Shown: in pieces, positions 50,851 to 62,092 of the stretch | Numbering within the stretch: the stretch's first letter is position 1 | Layout of the letters: each line of letters opens with the position of its first letter | NCBI RefSeq assembly: GCF_963921235.1 | Contig: NC_086097.1 | Location: 29,266,001-29,330,000 of the forward strand | Reading direction: 5' to 3' | DNA length: 64,000 nucleotides | From: Mobula hypostoma | Taxonomy: Eukaryota | Notes under the pieces: model-generated | What the model was told of the DNA's origin: nothing | The model's input: the letters and a program-made list of their open reading frames with translations, nothing else | The model's database searches: none | Made by a program: the position numbers and the translations under genes

Positions 50851-53590
50851 AATATGTCAGACTCACAGTGAGGGATGTGGGGTGTGTCGGTGTTACAGTG
50901 AGGGATGTGGGGTGTGTCGGTGTTACAGTGAGGGATGTGGGGTGTGTCAGTGTCACAGTGAGGGATGTGGGGTGTGTCGGTGTTACAGTGAGGGATGTGG
51001 GGTGTGTCGGTGTTACAGTGAGGGATGTGGGGTGTGTCGGTGTTACAGTGAGGGGTGTGGGGTGTGTCAGTGTCACAGTGAGGGGTGTGGGGTGTGTCAG
51101 TGTCACAGTGAGGGGTGTGGGGTGTGTCGGTGTTACAGTGAGGGGTGTGGGGTGTGTCAGTGTCACAGTGAGGGGTGTGGGGTGTCTCGGTGTCACAGTG
51201 AGGGGTGTGGGGTGTGTCGGTGTCACAGTGAGGGGTGTGGGGTGTGTCAGTGTTAGTGAGGGGTGTGGGGTGTCCGTGTTACAGTGAGGGATGTGGGGTG
51301 TGTCGGTGTCACAGTGAGGGGTGTGGGGTGTCCGTGTTACAGTGAGGGGTGTGGGACGTGTCAGTGTCACAGTGAGGGGTGTGGGGTGTGTCGGTGTCAC
51401 AGTGAGGGGTGTGGGGTGTGTCGGTGTCACAGTGAGGGGTGTAGAGTGTTTCAGTGTTACAGTGAGGGGTGTGGGGTGTGTCAGTGTTACAGTGAGGGGG
51501 TGTGGGGTGTGTCAGACTCACAGTGAGGGGTGTGGGGTGTGTGTGAGTCACAATGAGGGATGTGGGGTGTGTCAGTGTTAGTGAGGGGTGTGGGGTGTGT
51601 CGGTGTCACAGTGAGGGGTGTGGGGTGTGTCGGTGTCACAGTGAGGGGTGTGGGGTGTGTCAGTGTTAGTGAGGGGTGTGGGGTGTCCGTGTCACAGTGA
51701 GGGGTGTGGGGTGTGTCGGTGTCACAGTGAGGGGTGTGGGGTGTGTCGGTGTCACAGTGAGGGGTGTGGAGTGTTTCAGTGTTACAGTGAGGGGTGTGGG
51801 GTGTGTCAGTGTTACAGTGAGGGGGTGTGGGGTGTGTCAGACTCACAGTGAGGGGTGTGGGGTGTGTGTGAGTCACAATGAGGGATGTGGGGTGTGTCGG
51901 TGTCACAGTGAGGGGTGAGAGGTGTGTCAGTGTTACAGTGAGGGGTGTGGGGTGTGTCGGTGTCACAGTGAGCGGTGTGGGGTGTGTCAGTGTTACAGTG
52001 AGGGGTGTGGGGCGTGTCAGTGTTACAGTGAGGGTTGTGGGGCGTATCAGTGTTACAGTGAGGGGTGTGGGGTGTCTCGGTGTTACAGTGAGGGGTGTGG
52101 GGTGTGTCGGAGTCACAGTGAGGGGTGAGAGGTGTGTCAGTGTTACAGTGAGGGGTGTGGGGTGTGTCGGAGTCACAGTGAGGGGTGAGGGGTGTGTCAG
52201 TGTTACAGTGAGGGGTGTGGGGTGTGTCAGTGTCACAGTGAGGGATGTGGGGTGTGTCGGTGTCACAGTGAGGGGTGTGGGGTGTGTCAGTGTTACAGTG
52301 AGGGGTGTGGGACGTGTCAGTGTCACAGTGAGGGATGTGGGGTGTGTCGGTGTCACAGTGAGGGGTGTGGGGTGTGTCAGTGTTACAGTGAGGGGTGTGG
52401 GACGTGTCAGTGTCACAGTGAGCGGTGTGGGGTGTGTCGGTGTCACAGTGAGCGGTGTGGGACGTGTCAGTATCACAGTGAGGGGTGTGGGGTGTATCAG
52501 TGTTACAGTGAGGGGTGTGGGGTGTGTCGGAGTCACAGTGAGGGGTGATGGGTGTGTCAGTGTTACAGTGAGGAGTGTGGGGTGTGTCGGTGTTACAGTG
52601 AGCGGTGTGGGGTGTGTCAGTGTCACAGTGAGGGGTGTGGGGCATATCAGTGTTAGTGAGGGGTGTGAGGTGTGAGGTGTTTCGGTGTTACAGTGAGGGA
52701 TGTGGGTGTGTCAGTGTCACAGTGAGCGGTGTGGGGTGTGTCAGTGTTACAGTGAGGGGTGTGGGGTGTGTCAGTGTCACAGTGAGGGGTGTGGGGCGTA
52801 TCAGTGTTACAGTGAGGGGTGTGAGGTGTTTCGGTGTTACAGTGAGGGGTGTGGGGTGTGTCAGTGTCACAGTGAGGGGTGTGGGGCGTATCAGTGTTAC
52901 AGTGAGGGGTGTGAGGTGTGAGGTGTTACAGTGAGGGATGTGGGGTGTGTCAGTGTTACAGTGAGGGGTGTGAGGTGTGAGGTGTTTCGGTGTTACAGTG
53001 AGGGATGTGGGGTGTGTCAGTGTCACAGTGAGGGATGTGGGGTGTGTCGGTGTCACAGTGAGCGGTGTGGGGTGTGTCAGTGTCACAGTGAGGGGTGTGG
53101 GGCGTATCAGTGTTACAGTGAGGGGTGTGAGGTGTTTCGGTGTTACAGTGAGGGGTGTGGGGTGTGTCAGTGTCACAGTGAGGGGTGTGGGGCGTATCAG
53201 TGTTACAGTGAGGGGTGTGAGGTGTGAGGTGTTACAGTGAGGGATGTGGGGTGTGTCAGTGTTACAGTGAGGGGTGTGAGGTGTGAGGTGTTTCGGTGTT
53301 ACAGTGAGGGATGTGGGGTGTGTCAGTGTCACAGTGAGGGATGTGGGGTGTGTCGGTGTCACAGTGAGCGGTGTGGGGTGTGTCAGTGTCACAGTGAGGG
53401 GTGTGGGGCGTATCAGTGTTACAGTGAGGGGTGTGAGGTGTTTCGGTGTTACAGTGAGGGATGTGGGGTGTGTCAGTGTTACAGTGAGGGGTGTGAGGTG
53501 TGAGGTGTTTCGGTGTTACAGTGAGGATGTGGGGTGTGTCAGTGTCACAGTGAGGGGTGTAGAGTGTTTCGGTGTTACAGTGAGGTGTGT
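50851..53590. repeat. 30-bp G-rich minisatellite (TGTTACAGTGAGGGGTGTGGGGTGTGTCAG), ~90 copies, with higher-order duplications
   Basis: Direct reading; variant blocks recur at 325-bp (51511/51836) and 306-bp (52931/53237) spacing. Confidence 0.97.
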
Positions 53591-54840
53591 CATGGTGTTA
53601 TATCTACGGCTGCGCGGTAAAACGGCAATAGACTGAAGTGTGTGCAATACATCAGCACGGATTGTTCTGTTAATAAACTTATTAAAATCTCTTTTGAAAA
53701 AAACTGATGTCTAATACGACTTAAGTTCTGGAATGATTACAAATCACCGGGTACATGGGCTATTACAGCATTAGGGGAATAAGGGGCGGACAGACTGTCC
53801 ACCATCAATTAAAATCACCCCAAGATAAAGTGGATTTCTTTGGAATGACGGGCTGGATCATTGAAACACTGGCCTGCAACTGGATTTAATTACGCCTGAG
53901 TGTGTGCCGAGGCGAGGCAGCGCTGAGAGGGGTCGGCCGTACACATACCATCAATAAACCGCGGAGTGTCGTTGTCAGGGTGGCAATTTACAATAATCCT
54001 CTGGTACAAAACTTAAATATATGCAGATGATTTTTTTTTCCTCCTGTGCCTCCCACAACTCCCGACCCCTGGTTGAAATGGAAGAGGAAAGCAAGATGAT
54101 CCGGGCTAGACAGCACCAAACCGAGCGAGGGGCGAGAGCCCGTGTTGAGTGACGCGCATTTTAGTGCTAGCCAGGGACTGAGTGGAGAGGTCATAGGAAA
54201 GTTTCTTGGCAAGGGCTTCTTGGGAAACAATGAATTTCTACATATTTATTTGCCATGTCTTTGTTTTTATAGCGAGCTGAATAAATGAGTTAAAGGACAT
54301 GGAGTCTGTACAGTGTCTACGCAGGTTATAAGTCATTATTATACATCTGAGCTGTGCTAAGTTCGTCCGGGGAATAAAAAAGCAGCTGAAAATGTATTTC
54401 GAATTCTTTCTGTCAAAAATTCATATCGCTTTTCCTATCAATTTTTAAATATATTAAATACAGTCACTTGGGTATTTTGTTATTTCTTTTTACTGCGCCC
54501 TTAATCAAGAACACTGTAGATTTTCAGCTCTCTTTTTAAAAAAAATCTATTTATTAAAGCATTTCCTTATCCTGGTGAGAGCCACGATTGCTGTTCACGC
54601 ATTACTCCTAAATAAGATTAGCCTTTGTGTGTGTGTTACTACAGTGGGAAGTCTATCAAGATCAGGATTATTTCTTTAGCTGGCGAAAGGCAGGTCTGAC
54701 AGAGTAACTCCGTAAATACGGCTTTTCTTAGCGTTAATGAGTGGAGAGGCCAGGCAAGGCAAAAGTTGTTGTCAGGCACTGTCCGTGTCGTTTTATATAC
54801 GAAAGTGCGTTTATTCCAAATTAGATTCTACAATACCAAA
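53590..54840. promoter_or_regulatory. 1.25-kb repeat-free island between two satellites, putative conserved non-coding DNA
   Basis: CpG-retaining; CATCAATTAAAATCA, CATCAATAAA, TTTAATTAC and TGACAG sites; no TE similarity or convincing ORF. Confidence 0.45.
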
Positions 54841-54934
54841 ACAAACACAGAGCCATTGACAGTGACCAACACAACCACTAACATGAACTAAATTAAAATG
54901 TTCCCATCCTTATCAAGGATGGCATATATCCATT

Positions 54935-55775
54935 GCTTTCTGTGTCCTGGGACAGCACAAAGGGGGCTTCACTCTGTGTCTGACCCTGGGTGTGTGTGAA
55001 TGGACAGAGAGTGTGATGGGTTGGTGTAAAGGAAGCTTCACTTTGTGTCTGACTCTGGGAACGTGCGATGAGATGGTGTAGAAGGAGCTTCACTTTATTT
55101 GACTCCATGAGCGAATGACAGGTTGGTGTGGAGGGAGCCTCACTCTGTGTCTGACCCCTGGATTGTGTGATGAGACAGTTTGGAGGGAGCATCACTGTAT
55201 CTGATCCCTGGCGTGTCTGATGGGACAGGGTGGAGGGAGCTTCACTCTGTGTCTGATCCCTGGAGTGTGTGATGGGATTGTGTGGAGGGAGATTCACTCT
55301 GTGTTTGACTCTGGGAGTGTGTGATGGGACAGTGTAGAGGGAGCTTCACTCTCTGTCTGATCCCTGGCGTGCATGATGGGACAGTGTAGAGGGAGCTTCA
55401 CTCTGTGTTTGACTCTGGGAGTGCGTGATGGGACAGTGTAGAGGGAGCTTCACTCTGTGTTTGACTCTGGGAGTGCGTGATGGGACAGTGTAGAGGGAGC
55501 TTCACTCTGTGTTTGACTCTGGGAGTGTGTGATGGGACAGTGTAGAGGGAGCTTCACTTTGTGTCTGATCCCTGGCGTGCGTGATGGGACAGTGTAGAGG
55601 GAGCTTCACTCTGTGTTTGACTCTGGGAGTGTGTGATGGGACAGTGTAGAGGGAGCTTCACTTTGTGTCTGATCCCTGGCGTGCGTGATGGGACAGTGTA
55701 GAGGGAGCTTCACTCTGTGTTTGACTTTGGGAGTGTGTGCTGGGACAATTCTGAGGAACATATTCTATATCTAAT
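54935..55775. repeat. 52-bp satellite (GGGACAGTGTAGAGGGAGCTTCACTCTGTGTTTGACTCTGGGAGTGTGTGAT), ~15 copies
   Basis: ACAGTG recurs at 55329, 55381, 55433; two interspersed variants. Confidence 0.95.
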
Positions 55776-56251
55776 CTGCACACTCAAACCTCCACTGCCT
55801 TGCAGTTACACCCACTCATGGGGAAGGCTTTGGGAGTAAACCCTGAGGGAAAATCCAGAGCTTGAATCCCTTAGGCACTTTTGGGATTGTTTTGGATGAT
55901 GTCCTTATGAGGCAAACAAATGGACCCAAGATCATAGGTTTAGTATCAGAATTATATCATTCACCTGCTCCGCCATTCCATCATGGCTGATCTATTTTCC
56001 TTCTCAGCACTACTTTCCTGCCCTGTAACCTTTGACACCCTGACTGATCAAGAATCTACCAAACTCCGCTTTAAGTATACCCAGTGATGACCTCCACAGC
56101 CATCTGTGGCAATGAATTCCATAGATTCACCTCCCTCTGGCTAAAGAGATTCCTCCTCCTCTTTATTCTAAAGAGAAGTCTTCTTCTGAACTGCACTCTC
56201 TGGTCCTAGATACCTCACTATTGGAGACATCCTCTTCGCATCCACTCTAAC

Positions 56252-56625
56252 TATGTATGGCCCTCCATCAGTCAAGGTTGACCATGAGTGTTGCATCCCA
56301 GGTGTCTACATGATACGCAGGCCAGGGCAGTACGATATGGAGAGCGAGCTGTTGCCCATACAACAGGCTCCCCCTCTCCACGCACTTGATGAACCCAAAG
56401 GAACAGCAGAGACCGATACAGTTTGGCACCAGCAACATCGCAGGAGTTGCCAGTCAGCGTTGAACTCAACGTAGGACTGCCTTAGGGAGTCCAGCCCTGG
56501 ATTTTCCCTTCAGGGTTTACTCCCAAAACCTTCCCCATATGTAGGTTTAACAACAAGGCAGCGGTAGTTTGAGATTTCCTTCTCCTGGAACCCCCAACCA
56601 TGGCTGATGAGCACCATCTGTCCAG
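56252..56625 (-). mobile_element. RTE-type non-autonomous element nested in a CR1 fragment; partial inverted copy at ~55790-55875
   Basis: Shares GGAGTAAACCC...AAATCC and GCAACTCCTGC...GCTGGTGCCAAA blocks with 61835-61935. Confidence 0.6.
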
Positions 56626-56985
56626 AACTCTATCTGGGCCTTTCAATAATTGGTAGGTTTCAATGTGATTCTGCATCTCCCTCATCCCTGTCATTCTTAT
56701 TAACCCAAGTGAGTACAGGTCCAGAGCCATCATAACTCCTTATATGTTAACTCTTTCATTTCCAGGTTCATTCTCATGAATATCCTCTGGAGCCTCTCCC
56801 ATGCCAGCACGTCCTGCTTTACACAGAGTCCTAAACTGCTCACAATACTCCCAATGTGGTCTGACCGTTGCCTTATAAAGCCTCAGCATTACATCCTTGG
56901 TTTTATATTCTAGTCATCTTGAAATGAATTCTAACATTGCATTTTCTAAAATGGGGATGAACTTTAGTGAGCGGGCAGCCGTATT

Positions 56986-58620
56986 TCAAGTCAAATCAAG
57001 TCAAGTCAAGTCAAATTTATTTATAAAGCACATTTAAAAACAACCCATGTCAACTAAAGTGCTGTACAAACCATAACAGGTAGCTAAAATTACATATACA
57101 AGAAACACAGATATAAACAACAAGGCACACAGCTTATAGGCACAAAATAAACAACACATGAGCCTAGGCACAAGCCAAAAATCAGTCACATCAGGAAGAT
57201 TCAAACGCTAGTGAATAAAGGTAAGTTTTGAGCCTGGACTTAAGAGAGTCAATGGAGGGGGCAGATCTGATGGGGAGGGGAATGCTGTTCCACAGTCTAA
57301 GGGCTACAACAGCAAAGGCGTGGTCACCCCTGAACTTAAGTTTAGATCGCGGGACAGCCAGGAGCCCCAAGTCAGCTGACCTGAGGGAGCTGGAAGTAGA
57401 ATAAAGGGTGAGAAGGTCTGCGATATAGGAGGCAGCCAGCCCATTTAGGGCTTTATACACAAACAGGAGAACCTTAAAATCAATTCTAAACCATACTGAT
57501 AGCCAGTGGAGAGAGGCCAGGATAGAAGTAATATGGTCCCTCTTCCGGGTACCTGTCAGGAGCCTGGCTGTGGAGTTCTGGACCAGTTGCAGGCAGGACA
57601 TGGATGACTGACTAATCCCAGTGTACAGGGAGTTGGAGTAGTCCAAGCGGGAGGATATAAGGGCATGGATGACTTTCTCGAGATCTTTGAAAGAGAAAAA
57701 CGACTTGATTTTGGCAACAGTACGAAACTGGACAAAACTGGCTTTTACTACTGCATTAACTTGCTTGTCAAACTTAAAGGCGGAATCAAATATCACAGCA
57801 GGGTTTTTGACATGGGATTTGACAAGGGTGGACAGGTTACCAAGACTGTTGGTAATCACTTTGATGGAGTCAGGGGGTCCAAGTAGGACAACTTCAGACT
57901 TGCCTTCATTCAGCTGTAGGAAATTTTGTGCCATCCAACACTTTATATCCTCAAGACAGTTCATGAGGCTGACTAGATTTGACTGGTCGTTTGGTTTCAA
58001 GGGGAGATAAAGCTGTGTGTCATCAGCATAACAATGGAAGGAAATGTCATGTTTTTGAATGATTTGGCTGAGGGGAAGCATGTACATAAAGAAAAGAATG
58101 GGACCTAGGATGGAACCTTGTGGGACCCCGTGGCAGAAACTAGCTGGAGAAGAGGAAAATTTGCCTATGTTGATGGAGAAGCTTCTATTTTTGAGGTAGG
58201 ATGTGAACCAGTTCAAGGCATTGCTATCAACACCAACCCTGTACTGGAGATGGTCTATTAAAATGGCATGATCCACAGTATCAAATGCTGCGCTGAGGTC
58301 AAGAAGAATTAAGATGGCAGAGTCACCTGAGTCAGTAGAGAGGAGAGAGTACACTTTCAGCAAGGCTATGATAAGCCTTAAAACCTGACTGAAATCTTTC
58401 CAAGATGTTGTTGTGGTATAGGTAGGGCAGCAATTGACTAAGAATAACCTTTTCGAGGACCTTTGACAGGAATGGAAGTTTAGACATAGGTCTGTAGTTA
58501 CTAGGTAAGGTAGCATCGAAGTTGGGTTTTTCAGGAGGGTCTGGACCATGGCACACTTGAAGCAGGTTGGAATGGTACCAATGGCCAGGGAGCTGTCAAT
58601 AATAGAGTGGATGCTGGGAT
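56986..58620 (-). mobile_element. 5'-truncated L2-clade LINE; RT frame open ~58345-57191, frameshifts upstream
   Basis: LLDLSAAFDTVDH, GVPQGSILGP, HCYADDTQLY, SRLDYSN; (TTGAC)n tail. Confidence 0.93.
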
Positions 58621-60329
58621 TGGCTTCACATTCTCTCTTGACTGATGTATAAAGCTTTACCAAGGCTAAAACTGACCCTGTATGGTTGATGACCTGATAG
58701 TTGCTGTCAGTGGGTGAAGATCAAGTCCATTGTGGCTCCACTGTGATCTGGGGAGTAGATCTTCTTCCATTATAAGGTAGTAGTTGAAAATATCACTGGT
58801 GATGACTTTCCCTGTGGCAAAAAGTGAGGTGACTCTTTTACAGTTACCATGTTTATGCCCATCTCCTGTTAGGTGGTTATAGAGACAGAGTACTGCAGCA
58901 CAGAAACAGGCCCTTTGGCCCATCTAGTCCATGCTGAGCTATTAATCTGCCTAGTCCCATCAACCTGCACCGAGACCATACCCTCTCATCCATGTACTTA
59001 CCCAAACTTCTCTTGAATGTTTCAATCGAGCCTGCATCCATCACATCCACTGGCAGTTTGTTCCACAATCACACCACTCTCTGAGTGAAGACGTTGCCCC
59101 TCAGGTTTCCCTTAAGTATTTCACCTTTCACCCTTAACCTATGACTTCTAGTTCTAAAAGCTGTTCGTGGTGGTTCTAAGGTTTCCTGGAATATCCTCCT
59201 CTTTGCAGGTGAGGCAATTGATTTGCGAACTGAGTTTCTTCTAGCATAGATATTGAACTTCTGCAGAGATATAGGAGATCATGTCCTTTGAGGATAGGTT
59301 GAGTGAGCTAGGGCTTTTTCCTTTGGAGTGAAGGAAGATGAGAGATGACTTGATAAAGGTGTACAAGATAATAAATTGAAGTGAAGTAACTAAGACAATC
59401 CCCTTCATAGATGCTTATGGAGTTCTTCTACCACTTTGTGTGTTGCTCCAGACTGCCAGCATCTGCAGAATCCCGTGTGTTTATAATTGAAACAGCAGCA
59501 GCAGCCTCCCAGGTACTGGTTGGACCTGATTTGTAATGGACCTCCATTTATTGCTGAGAGGAATGGCTCAGAGACTGAGTGAGGGATCCAGTTACTCCAC
59601 AATCTTGGAACTGGTCAGTGAATGAGGAGCAGTTGATGCTCTCGCCTGCGCTCACTGGAGTTTAGAAGAATGAAGAGTGATCTCAATGAAACCTTTCAAC
59701 TGCTGAAAGGAGTGAACATGGAGATGATGTTTCCCGTAGTGGGGGAGTCTAGGACTAGAAGACAGCGCCTCAGTATAGAAGGGCATCCAATTAGAACAGA
59801 GATGAGGAGGAATTTCTTTAGCCAGTGGGTGATGAATCAATGGAATTCATTGCCACAGAAGGCTGTGAAGGCTGGGTACACTTAAAGCGGAGGTTGATAG
59901 ATTCTTGAATAATAAGGGTGCCAGGGGTTTCAGAGAGAAGGCAGGAGAATGGGGTTGCGATGGAAAGTAAATCAGCCATGATCAAATGGCGGAGCAGACT
60001 TGATGGGTCAAATGGCCTAATTCTGCACCTGTGTCTTATGATCTCTTATGGTCTTGTGGCACAACATTATGGGCCAAATGGCCTGTACTGTGCTGTACTG
60101 TTCTATGTTCTCTGTACTACTAATGATTTCGATCCAAGTGTGGATAAGTGATAGAAAAATCATCCGTGTGTTTGACAGTCAGAGAAAAGGCTTCAGAGTT
60201 CAGGAAGATGTAGCTGGTCTGGTCTGGTCTGATGAGCAGAATAACAGTAAGTAGAATTTAACCCAGGGGATGCAAGGTGATGCAATTTGGGGGGACAGTG
60301 ATGGTATAGACATTAAGTAGGAGGGAGAG

Positions 60330-61455
60330 GTTAAAGCAGCTCACTAACGTTGCCACAGTCTCTGCCCTCCACTCCGTCCTGTACTACTTGGAAAATGATG
60401 CCTCATACACTAGGATGTTGTTTATGACTTCAGCTCGACATTTAATATGATTATCCCTCAGAAGTTGGAGGGGAAACTGTCCTGGTTAGGTTTCAACACC
60501 TCTCTCTGTAACGGGATTTTGGACTTCTCGACAGAAAGACCACGTTGTCAGAAACATCTCTAGCTCCATCACACTGAGCACTGGACCTCACCAGGGCTGC
60601 ATGCTCAGAATGCTGCTGTTCACGGTGCTGACGTGCGACTGGACTGCTAGATCCAGCACAAACCAAATCATCAGGTTCTCTGCTGACACAACGGTGGTTG
60701 GCTTCATCAACAACGATGATGAGACAGCTTACAGAGAGGAGATAGGGCGGCCGATAGAATGGTGTGAACACAACTTGAATCTCAAAGAGAACAACGAGAT
60801 GATTGTGGACTTTAGGAAGGTGCAGGCTAAACCACTCCTCACTGCACATAAACAGCTCCTCCATGGAGAGAGCTCAGAACACCATGTTTCTGGGAGCGCC
60901 CCTAATGGATGATCTCACCTGGTCCCTCAACACCATCTCTTTGGTCATGAAAGCACAGCAGCATCTTCACTCGCTGAGGAGGTTGAGGCAAGTGAAACTC
61001 ACCCTCATTCTATCCAATTTTTACAGGAGCACCATTAAAGTGTTCTGATCAGCTGCATCACCATCTGGTATGGGAATTGCAAAGCACCTGACCACGAGTC
61101 CCTCCAAAATATTGCGAGGACTGCTGAGAGGATCATCGGAGTCTCTCTTCCACCCGCCAGAGATTTTTTTAAAATCAGGAGCGCTGCATACATGGGGCCC
61201 TTAGCATTGTCAAGGATCCCTCCCATCCAACAATCTCTTTGACCCCGTATCATCATGCAGGACGTACTGTGACATTAGGACAAGAACTGTTAGGATAGGA
61301 AACAGCTTCTTCCACCAGATCATAAGACTACTGAACTCCCTGCCACCTACCAGGTCTCATCATGCCAGAAGCATTATATTGTTTACTTTTTAACGTGTTG
61401 TAAATACACATTATTTGTTCAATTATTTGTGGTAATATTACTTTATGTGTTGTGG
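60330..61455 (+). mobile_element. Degenerate Rex1/Babar LINE
   Basis: NNDDETAYREE, EMIVDFRK, KAQQHLHSLRRL. Confidence 0.8.
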
Positions 61456-61461
61456 CATACA

Positions 61462-61692
61462 TGGTGTCAAAATGGCTGTTGTGACGCATCTAGTGTGCTG
61501 GTGTAGTGGGTAATGCTTGTTACTCACTTTCAGCTTCCACCACTGGTTAGCAGTCTCGCGAAAAGGAGAGCTGAGTGTGCAAGTCTCTCCCTGCCAGTAA
61601 CAGCCTCTCCAACAGGAATCCTCATGCAGTGCCTCCTCGCTGGCGACACACGCAAATTGAACTCCTTTCGAACTCAGGCTGAATCATAGAGG
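61462..61692 (+). ncRNA. Degenerate HDV-like ribozyme with canonical P3/L3
   Basis: GCCTCCTCGCTGGCG at 61631-61645; P1 GTGTC/GACAC; P2 CCTC-ATG/CAT-A-GAGG; P4 6 of 8 pairs; J4/2 GCTGAA. Confidence 0.65.
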
Positions 61693-62092
61693 ACGGGGAG
61701 GAGGTTTGGCCCCTGCACACGTAGTATGCAGGCTCACTGGTGTGTGGACACACCCTGGTGCTCATAGACCAGATCCCCAGCTGTGGGTAAGTAGCCTCAC
61801 TGCTTTGAGCAGCCTCGGGTAAGACGAAGGCTACAGGAGTAAACCCAGACGGCAAATCCGGAGTGAAGCCCCTGAGGTGGCTGGACGTCATTGAACATCC
61901 TTCCAGCAACTCCTGCAGCCAGGCTGGTGCCAAATGTATTGCTTCATAAGCTTTCCTTTGGACTGAGAGGGAGGCTGAGAGAGGGATCTTGACAACTGGA
62001 CATCTCAGGATCTCCATACCTTCCGCCTAGGCTTGTGATGATGATCACCATAACCCGTTGTCCTTCGAGACAGATGGATGCCAACCAACCAA
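61462..62092 (+). mobile_element. ~630-bp non-autonomous RTE-type element with (CCAA)n tail, inserted in the Rex1 tail
   Basis: GC-rich non-coding insert; similarity to 56252-56625; CCAACCAACCAA end; no clear TSD. Confidence 0.65.

Noticed and set aside
50864..53552. Dozens of CACAGTG heptamers identical to the V(D)J recombination signal heptamer
   Set aside because: No ACAAAAACC-like nonamer at 12 or 23 nt and no V, D or J segments nearby.
50792..53636. Many long ORFs (TPTHPTPLTV, CQCYSEGCGV repeats) and a CRISPR-like periodic appearance
   Set aside because: By-products of a 30-bp tandem repeat; no unique spacers, no cas genes, eukaryotic context.
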